35,246 nt of DNA. It comes from Collinsella sp. GTDB taxonomy: Bacteria; Actinomycetota; Coriobacteriia; Coriobacteriales; Coriobacteriaceae. The position numbers and the translations under genes were made by a program. How positions within the stretch are numbered: the stretch's first letter is position 1; the number at the start of each line of letters is the position of its first letter. Below the pieces are notes generated by a model. The model did not search any database. It worked only from the letters and a program-made list of their open reading frames with translations, and was not told the origin of the DNA. The stretch is taken from assembly GCA_048181065.1 (NCBI GenBank), contig DBEYTJ010000160.1, positions 1 through 35,246 on the forward strand, written 5' to 3'. This document shows, in pieces, positions 29,321 through 35,246 of this stretch.

Positions 29321-29463
29321 GCGAGCGTGTGACTGGCGAGACAATGTGCTCCGAAAGAGGAGCGCCGCGTACTTCTGTACGCAAGCGACGGCTTGAGGAG
29401 CAGATTGGCCGTCAGGCACGCGCGCAGCGTCGAGCAGTCCGCCGTTCGTTAGAACGGCGGAAC
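29321..29463. repeat. Intra-operon long hairpin plus GTTCCGCCGTTC repeat
   Basis: Nested arms 29321-29329/29417-29425, 29342-29352/29397-29407, GCGTAC-TTCT-GTACGC apex; then CCGCCGTTC-GTTA-GAACGGCGG. Confidence 0.7.
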
Positions 29464-29466
29464 GAT

Positions 29467-30120
29467 CTAGTCATGGTAGTAATCCAATTTTTTCTCGGCG
29501 GCGCCCAGCAGCATCTCGACCACAAAGTTAAAGACCCAGTAAATCAGCGCCGCGATTGCAAACGGCACCATGCTCACCTGCGAGGCGACCAACGCCTTGG
29601 CCGTCGAGAACATTTCGCCCACGCCGATGGCGAACGCTAGCGACGTGTCCTTGACCAGCGTGATGATCTCGTTGCCCATCGCCGGCAAAATGCGCTTGGC
29701 GACCTGTGGCATCACGATATACAAAAACGTCTGCATGCGCGAGTAGCCCAATACCTCGGCAGCCTCGTATTGACCGCGCGGAATGGACTGCAGGCCCGAG
29801 CGATAGATCTCGGCAAAGTAACCGGCATAGTTGATGATGAACGCCGCGACGCACGCCGTCCACTTGGAATCGGGCGTGAGCGAAATGCCGAACACGTAGT
29901 ACGGGGCAAAGTAGATGGCAAACATCTGAAGCATGAGCGGCGTACCGCGCATGACCGAAATGTAGATGCGCGCAATCCAGCGGAGCGGCGCAATTTTGCT
30001 CATGCGCATAAACGCCACGGGGATTCCCAGCGGAATCGACCCCAGCAGCGTCAGCACAAACAGCTGCAAGCTGACCAAGAATCCCTGGCCAAGCATCTGC
30101 ATCATGACCTGAATAGACAT
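29467..30120 (-). CDS. Amino-acid ABC transporter permease
   Basis: RGTPLMLQ, NYAGYFAEIYRSG..SIPRGQYEAA..LG, LVKDTSL. Confidence 0.94.
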   Translation of the reverse strand: MSIQVMMQMLGQGFLVSLQLFVLTLLGSIPLGIPVAFMRMSKIAPLRWIARIYISVMRGTPLMLQMFAIYFAPYYVFGISLTPDSKWTACVAAFIINYAGYFAEIYRSGLQSIPRGQYEAAEVLGYSRMQTFLYIVMPQVAKRILPAMGNEIITLVKDTSLAFAIGVGEMFSTAKALVASQVSMVPFAIAALIYWVFNFVVEMLLGAAEKKLDYYHD

Positions 30121-30980
30121 TACTTGAGCACCCAATTATCGAAAGATAGACCATAGCTTGCGTACTTATCGCAGAGGTCCTTGACCGTGCCGTCCTCGTA
30201 GAGTGCCTTGAGCGACTCGGTCACGGCATCGGCAGACTTGGTGTCGCCCTTCTTAAAGCCAACGGCGTAGTGCTCGCTGGACAGCGGCTTATCGAGCTGC
30301 GTATAGGCATCGGGCTTGGCGGCAAGCTGATACTGAGCGATCGAGAGGTCACAGGCAACGGCATCGACTGCGCCACTCTCGAGCTGCATAAACGCCGTGT
30401 TGTACTCACCGATGGTATCGAGCGTGGCAAACGTCGCGGCCAGATCCTTCTGGTCGCCCTCGAGCACATCCTGCGCCGCGGAATCGGTCTGGGTAATCAC
30501 GGTCTTGCCGGCAAGATCGTCCCAGCTCTTGATACCCGCGTCCTTCTTGACCACGAGCACCTGCTCGTTGAGCATGTACGGCTCGGAGAACGTGTAGTCG
30601 TCCTCGCGGCCCTCCATGGTAAAGCCGTTCCAGATGCAGTTGATGGCACCCGAGTTGAGCAGCGTGTCCTTGGCATCCCAGTCGATAGCCTCAAACTCAA
30701 CGTCCCAGCCCTGCTTATCGGCAACGGCCTTGGCAAGGTCGAGGTCAAAGCCGGTGTACTCGCCATCGTCGCCTACAAAGCCATACGGAGGATAGGACTT
30801 GTCAAAGCCCACCACGAGCTTCTTGGACTCCGCAGCGCCCTTCACGTCCTTGGCTGCAGCAGAACCGGCGGCGGAGCCCTTATCGGCACCACCGCCGCAG
30901 CCTACCAGGCCGAGGCCAAGCACCGTGGCAAGCGAACCGGCTAGACCAACAAACTGACGACGAGACATATCGGCATTCAT
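30120..30980 (-). CDS. Amino-acid ABC transporter substrate-binding lipoprotein
   Basis: SRRQF twin-Arg-like leader, LVGC lipobox, YPPYG, GFDLDLA, IDWD, IWNG, FSEPY. Confidence 0.94.
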   Translation of the reverse strand: MNADMSRRQFVGLAGSLATVLGLGLVGCGGGADKGSAAGSAAAKDVKGAAESKKLVVGFDKSYPPYGFVGDDGEYTGFDLDLAKAVADKQGWDVEFEAIDWDAKDTLLNSGAINCIWNGFTMEGREDDYTFSEPYMLNEQVLVVKKDAGIKSWDDLAGKTVITQTDSAAQDVLEGDQKDLAATFATLDTIGEYNTAFMQLESGAVDAVACDLSIAQYQLAAKPDAYTQLDKPLSSEHYAVGFKKGDTKSADAVTESLKALYEDGTVKDLCDKYASYGLSFDNWVLK

Positions 30981-31284
30981 GGTATCCCCCTTGGTAGCAC
31001 TTTAGTTAGGTAAAGTGAGTCATGTAACGTTCAGAATCATACACTCTACCTTGATAAAGTACAAGAGAGTGTTTGCCCGGCGCGGGCGGGGAGCGGCGCG
31101 TAATTAAGTTTCCTGCTCTACAGTCCTGCGCAAGACGAAAAGCGCGCATGGAGCACTAGATTGGAGCACCCGGCTGAGTGGCGCCCGGCGCGGAACCTTA
31201 AATAGCCTCCTCTCCAAACGGGCACGTTGAATGCACGGTACAATTGCTTCGGACTTTTCTTTTATTTAATAGTGGGGTTAATTC

Positions 31285-32733
31285 ATGGCAGAATCTCGTG
31301 CGGAGCGTAGGGCTCGTCGTGCTTTGGTGGAGGCGGCTGAGGGGTCGAAGGAGGAGAAATCTTCTACGAAATCCAAGTCTTCTAAAGCTGCAAAAAGCAA
31401 GTCGGCCAAGAGCAAGGCTAAGGCCAAGCGTTCTGGCTCTCGTCAGGGCGGGGATAAAGCGCCTCACGTTCATCCCAAGGGTTCTCGCAAAGACTCGGCC
31501 AAGCCGGCTCGTAAAACTGTGGACCCCAAGTCTCCCTGTTCGATCATGAAATCTTGCGGTGGGTGCACGGCGCTCAATCGTCCTTATAAAAAGCAGTTGG
31601 CAGCTAAGCAGGCTGCTATGGAGGAGCTGTTTGCCGAGCTTTGTGAGCGCGAGGGTATCGCCGTTGATCCTATTCGCGGTATGGGCGTCACCCTGGGCGA
31701 CCCGGGTAAATATCCTGCGCCGCGCGGCTTTCGTCATAAGGCTGCCACTCCCTTTGCCCCTGGCAGAGAGGGCACTGTCCGTTGCGGTTTCTTTGAGCGC
31801 GGCACGCACAGAATCGTTGCCGTACCCGAATGTCCTGTCGAGGCGCCGGGCGCTCGTCAGATTCTCAACGGCATCGCACGCGAAGCTGAGCGGCTGCATA
31901 TTCCCGCCTTTAATGAGGACAAGCATCTTGGTTTGCTTCGCTATGCCGTCGTCCGCTGCGGTTGGCGTACAGACCAGGTCATGGTTACACTCGTGACCGC
32001 CCAGCGTGACTTACCGCATGCACAGGAGTTCTTTGAGGCCGTCGCGGCACTCGATCCGCATATCGTCACCGTTGCCCAAAATATCAATGCCCGTCCCGGT
32101 AACGCCATCTTGGGTGAGGAAACTCGTATCGTCTATGGTGCCGAGTGCATGCGCGATCAGCTGCTCGGCTGCGACTTCGATATCTCCCCCACCGCGTTTT
32201 ATCAGACCAACCCGCAGCAAACCGAACTGCTCTATCAGCTCGCCATTGACGGTATGGATCTGCAGCAGGGTGACGTACTCATGGATGCCTATTGCGGTAG
32301 CGGAACTATCGGCCTGTGCGCCGCGAAGGATGCCCAGGACAGAGGTGTCGGCATTATGCTGCTCGGCGTGGAGCGCAACCCGGCGGGCATTGCCGACGCA
32401 CGTCGCAATACCGAGCTCAACGGCCTCACCCGCAGCGCTTGGTTTATGGCCGACGATGCCACCGACTACATCCTAGATGCCGCAGATAACAACGAGCGCG
32501 TCGACGTCCTTTCCATCGACCCGCCGCGCGCCGGCTCTACCCCCGAGTTCCTCGAGGCCGCCTGCGCACTTAAGCCGCGCCGCATCACCTATATCAGCTG
32601 CAACCCCGTGACCCAAGAGCGCGACCTGCACCAGCTCCTCGACGGTGGCTATCGCCTGCTCAAGATCACCCCGGTCGACATGTTCCCTCATACCGACCAC
32701 ACCGAGACGGTAGCGGTCCTCGAGCGCCGCTAA
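31285..32733 (+). CDS. rlmD: 23S rRNA m5U1939 methyltransferase RlmD/RumA
   Basis: C.....CGGC...C Fe-S motif, FYQTN, DAYCGSGTI, DPPRAG, YISCNP, DMFPHT.H.E. Confidence 0.9.
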   Translation: MAESRAERRARRALVEAAEGSKEEKSSTKSKSSKAAKSKSAKSKAKAKRSGSRQGGDKAPHVHPKGSRKDSAKPARKTVDPKSPCSIMKSCGGCTALNRPYKKQLAAKQAAMEELFAELCEREGIAVDPIRGMGVTLGDPGKYPAPRGFRHKAATPFAPGREGTVRCGFFERGTHRIVAVPECPVEAPGARQILNGIAREAERLHIPAFNEDKHLGLLRYAVVRCGWRTDQVMVTLVTAQRDLPHAQEFFEAVAALDPHIVTVAQNINARPGNAILGEETRIVYGAECMRDQLLGCDFDISPTAFYQTNPQQTELLYQLAIDGMDLQQGDVLMDAYCGSGTIGLCAAKDAQDRGVGIMLLGVERNPAGIADARRNTELNGLTRSAWFMADDATDYILDAADNNERVDVLSIDPPRAGSTPEFLEAACALKPRRITYISCNPVTQERDLHQLLDGGYRLLKITPVDMFPHTDHTETVAVLERR

Positions 32734-32760
32734 TCCACCCCGGTAGATTTTTGGGACAGG

Positions 32761-32792
32761 AAAGGGGGCGGCCCGTCTGGACCGCCCCCTTT
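32761..32792. terminator. Bidirectional terminator
   Basis: AAAGGGGGCGG/CCGCCCCCTTT stem between convergent genes. Confidence 0.75.
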
Positions 32793-32812
32793 CGTTGGAC
32801 ATATGAGTCTCG

Positions 32813-33634
32813 TTACATCCCCTTGCGCAGGTCGCATACGCCGGCTGCCGCCATCTCGCGCAGCAGCGTCTCGCGGTCGCGCGTCACGATCAGGTCCAGC
32901 GGGAAGTGAATCTCGTCGAGCAACTTGCGGGCGTGCTCGAGCTTGCCAATGGCCATACCAATGTGGGCATCGGTCGACACACCAATACCCACGCCCAGCT
33001 CGGCGCAGCGCTCGGCAATCTTGCGGCATACGACCCAATGCTCAGTGTCGGCACCGTGCTCAAGACTATGGTTGTTGATCTCAATGATCTTGTGCTTGGC
33101 TTTGGCCGCCAGCAGCACCTCATCGATATCGAACGGCACGCCCGAACGACCCGTATGCCCAAGCATGAACACCTTGGGGTGCTCCAGGGCATTGATGTAC
33201 ATCTGAGTCGTTTGAGCCAGCGTCGCGCCCTCGGCAAACTGCGGATTATGCACGCTTGCCACCAAATAATCCAAATTACGCGTCACCAAATCGAACAGCG
33301 AATGCTGGTGACTGTACGAATCGCCGGCAATATCGAGCGACACGGGAATGTCCTCGCCAAACAAGCTTCCGTCCAGCGAAACGATATCGACCTCGGCGCC
33401 GCGAAGCACCAGCACGCCGCCCCAAATGCGCGGCCAGATATCCTGGTTAATAAAGAACTGGAAACTGCGCAGGTCGTTGTGGCAAGCCGTAACCATAGAG
33501 CTCAGATGGTCGGCGGATCCGAGCACCTGCAGGCCACGTTCCGCCGCCCAGTACACATTCTCCTCAATGGTTGAGTACGCATGCGCGGAGAACAGCGTAT
33601 GAGTATGAATATCACAAGAAAGAAGGTAGGGCAT
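32813..33634 (-). CDS. PHP-domain hydrolase (YcdX-like)
   Basis: DIHTHT..S.HAYST, ADH, GAE, ASVH, LGH, EINN, STDAH. Confidence 0.9.
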   Translation of the reverse strand: MPYLLSCDIHTHTLFSAHAYSTIEENVYWAAERGLQVLGSADHLSSMVTACHNDLRSFQFFINQDIWPRIWGGVLVLRGAEVDIVSLDGSLFGEDIPVSLDIAGDSYSHQHSLFDLVTRNLDYLVASVHNPQFAEGATLAQTTQMYINALEHPKVFMLGHTGRSGVPFDIDEVLLAAKAKHKIIEINNHSLEHGADTEHWVVCRKIAERCAELGVGIGVSTDAHIGMAIGKLEHARKLLDEIHFPLDLIVTRDRETLLREMAAAGVCDLRKGM

Positions 33635-33793
33635 CGGGTCTCCTTATCCGGTATGGCCGTCGCGTATATTCATTGTACGCATAGCTTTCGGCAGTCGTAA
33701 AACTGCTTCATCCCAATCACACAACGGCATAGACAACGGGGTCTGGCTTAAAACCAAACCCCGTTTCACGTAAAACATTGTAAGCAGAGCGCT

Positions 33794-34984
33794 TTACTTT
33801 TGACAATACTCGTCGGCCAGCTGCTTCCAGGCGGGCAGTGAGTTAACGATAGTCTCGTAGCTCACACAGTAGCCCAAGCGGAACCAGCCCGGCATGCCAA
33901 AACTATCCGAGGGCACCGCGAGCAGCTCATACTTCTTCGCGCGCTCGCAGAAAGCGTTCGCATCGGGCTCCAGCGCCTTCACCCACAGGTAGAATGCACC
34001 ATCCGGCTCAACATACGTGTAGCCGTACTCCGCTAGTGCATCGGTAAGCGCGGTGCGGTTGCGCGCATAGGCCTCAACGTCACTCGGCTCATCGATGCAG
34101 TCGATAATTACGCGCTGGAAGAGCGCCGGCGCGCACACGAAGCCCAGCGTACGGGCGGCACCCGCAACAGCCGGCATCAGACGCGCAGCCTGCGGATTGG
34201 TGTTGGGAACCAAAATCCAACCCACGCGCTCGCCCGGCAGCGACAGCGACTTGGAATACGAGTAGCACACGATGGTGTGCTCGTAGATCGAAGGCACCCA
34301 AGGCACCTTGGCGCCATAGACAATCTCGCGATACGGCTCATCCGAGATGAGCATAATCGGGTTCTCGGGATCGCGCTTGGCGTTGACCTCGCGTAAAACA
34401 CTGGCCAGTCGCGTCAGCGTGTCGCGCGTATACACGGCGCCGGTCGGGTTATTCGGCGAGTCGATGATGACGGCAGTCGTCTTATCGGTAATCGCCTTGA
34501 GCACGTTGTCCACACTCAGCTGGAACGTATCTTCATTGGCGAGCGCCTCGACACACGTACAGCCGGCTTTCTCAATCCACACGCGATACTCCGGGAAGTA
34601 CGGTGCAATGACGATAACCTCATCGCCCGGGTTCGTAACGGCGTTGAGCGTGCAGGTGAGCGAAGCCGCGGCGCCCACGGTCATAAAGACATCCTTGCCC
34701 TCATAACTCGTACCAAAGCGGCGGTTGAGCGACTCAGCCACGGCGGTACGGCACTGCGGCAGGCCCGGTGCGGGCGTGTATCCGTGCAGCTGGTCACTCG
34801 GCAGCTCCAAGGCCTTCTTAATGGACTCCGCCACGGCAGCGGGCGCCGGAACGCTCGGGTTACCCAGCGAAAAATCGAATACATTTTCCGCACCAATCTG
34901 CGCCTTGCGCTCAAGGCCATAGCTAAAAATCTCGCGGATGATGGAGCTTTCCGCACCGCGAGCATACATAGTTTCGTTGATCAT
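33794..34984 (-). CDS. PLP-dependent class I/II (aspartate-type) aminotransferase
   Basis: DFSLGNP, SPNNPTG, ISDEPY, SYSKSLSLPGERVG, PDGAFY; AAAGGGG RBS. Confidence 0.93.
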   Translation of the reverse strand: MINETMYARGAESSIIREIFSYGLERKAQIGAENVFDFSLGNPSVPAPAAVAESIKKALELPSDQLHGYTPAPGLPQCRTAVAESLNRRFGTSYEGKDVFMTVGAAASLTCTLNAVTNPGDEVIVIAPYFPEYRVWIEKAGCTCVEALANEDTFQLSVDNVLKAITDKTTAVIIDSPNNPTGAVYTRDTLTRLASVLREVNAKRDPENPIMLISDEPYREIVYGAKVPWVPSIYEHTIVCYSYSKSLSLPGERVGWILVPNTNPQAARLMPAVAGAARTLGFVCAPALFQRVIIDCIDEPSDVEAYARNRTALTDALAEYGYTYVEPDGAFYLWVKALEPDANAFCERAKKYELLAVPSDSFGMPGWFRLGYCVSYETIVNSLPAWKQLADEYCQK

Positions 34985-35043
34985 CTGTTCCCCTTTCACA
35001 TAGGCGCTATTGTACGCTTTAGCCGAGCAAAGCGCCGCAGCAA

Positions 35044-35105
35044 TGTTGATTGGGGACAGACTTAAATGCGTGAAAACGCTCATTTAAGTCTGTCCCCAAT
35101 CAACA
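35044..35105. repeat. GGGGACAG-containing perfect 25-bp inverted repeat (REPIN-like)
   Basis: TGTTGATTGGGGACAGACTTAAATG (35044-35068) / CATTTAAGTCTGTCCCCAATCAACA (35081-35105). Confidence 0.8.
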
Positions 35106-35110
35106 AAAAG

Positions 35111-35144
35111 AAAAAGCCTCCGCAGGTTTCCCCGCAGAGGCTTT
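35111..35144 (-). terminator. Intrinsic terminator
   Basis: AAAGCCTC.GC/GC.GAGGCTTT stem with long T-tract on minus strand. Confidence 0.75.
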
Positions 35145-35155
35145 CGCCACAAAGG

Positions 35156-35246
35156 CTATTTGTCGGCGTCGGTGTCGGCACCGGCATTGACGGCACAGTC
35201 ATCGCCGGCATCATCGGATGCGGCTTCGGCATCCTCCTGCATGGCC
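35156..35246 (-). CDS. 3' end of a CDS cut by the window edge (acidic C-terminal tail)
   Basis: Reads ...AMQEDAEAASDDAGDDCAVNAGADTDADK-TAG, followed by a terminator. Confidence 0.6.
   Translation of the reverse strand, partial: AMQEDAEAASDDAGDDCAVNAGADTDADK

Overview
A GC-rich, mostly housekeeping chromosomal segment. Gene content and style suggest a gut Coriobacteriia bacterium such as Collinsella (inference, not a database result). It carries SRP RNA, a TadA-glycerate kinase fusion, tRNA-Ser(TGA), TetR, LemA, IlvE, DedA, CysE, a MarR-linked heterodimeric ABC exporter, a nitroreductase, YeiH, GntR, GlmS, LacI, a HAD hydrolase, LarE, a membrane-anchored nuclease, an EF-G paralog, an amino-acid ABC importer, RlmD, a PHP hydrolase and a class I/II aminotransferase. 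No integrase, transposase, prophage or CRISPR array was seen. The best candidate for an undescribed system is a co-oriented surface module at 12636-17430: a degenerate sigma54-activator-like regulator, a membrane protein, an SPATG-anchored protein, a class B sortase and an LCP protein, with shared GKH tail motifs and TGTTTC-type boxes. Also notable: a CTTTA-N6-(T/C)AAAG palindrome at three amino-acid gene promoters, GntR-type boxes instead of a ribozyme at glmS, a structured ilvE leader, and several families of small palindromic repeats, one always 3 nt after a stop codon.
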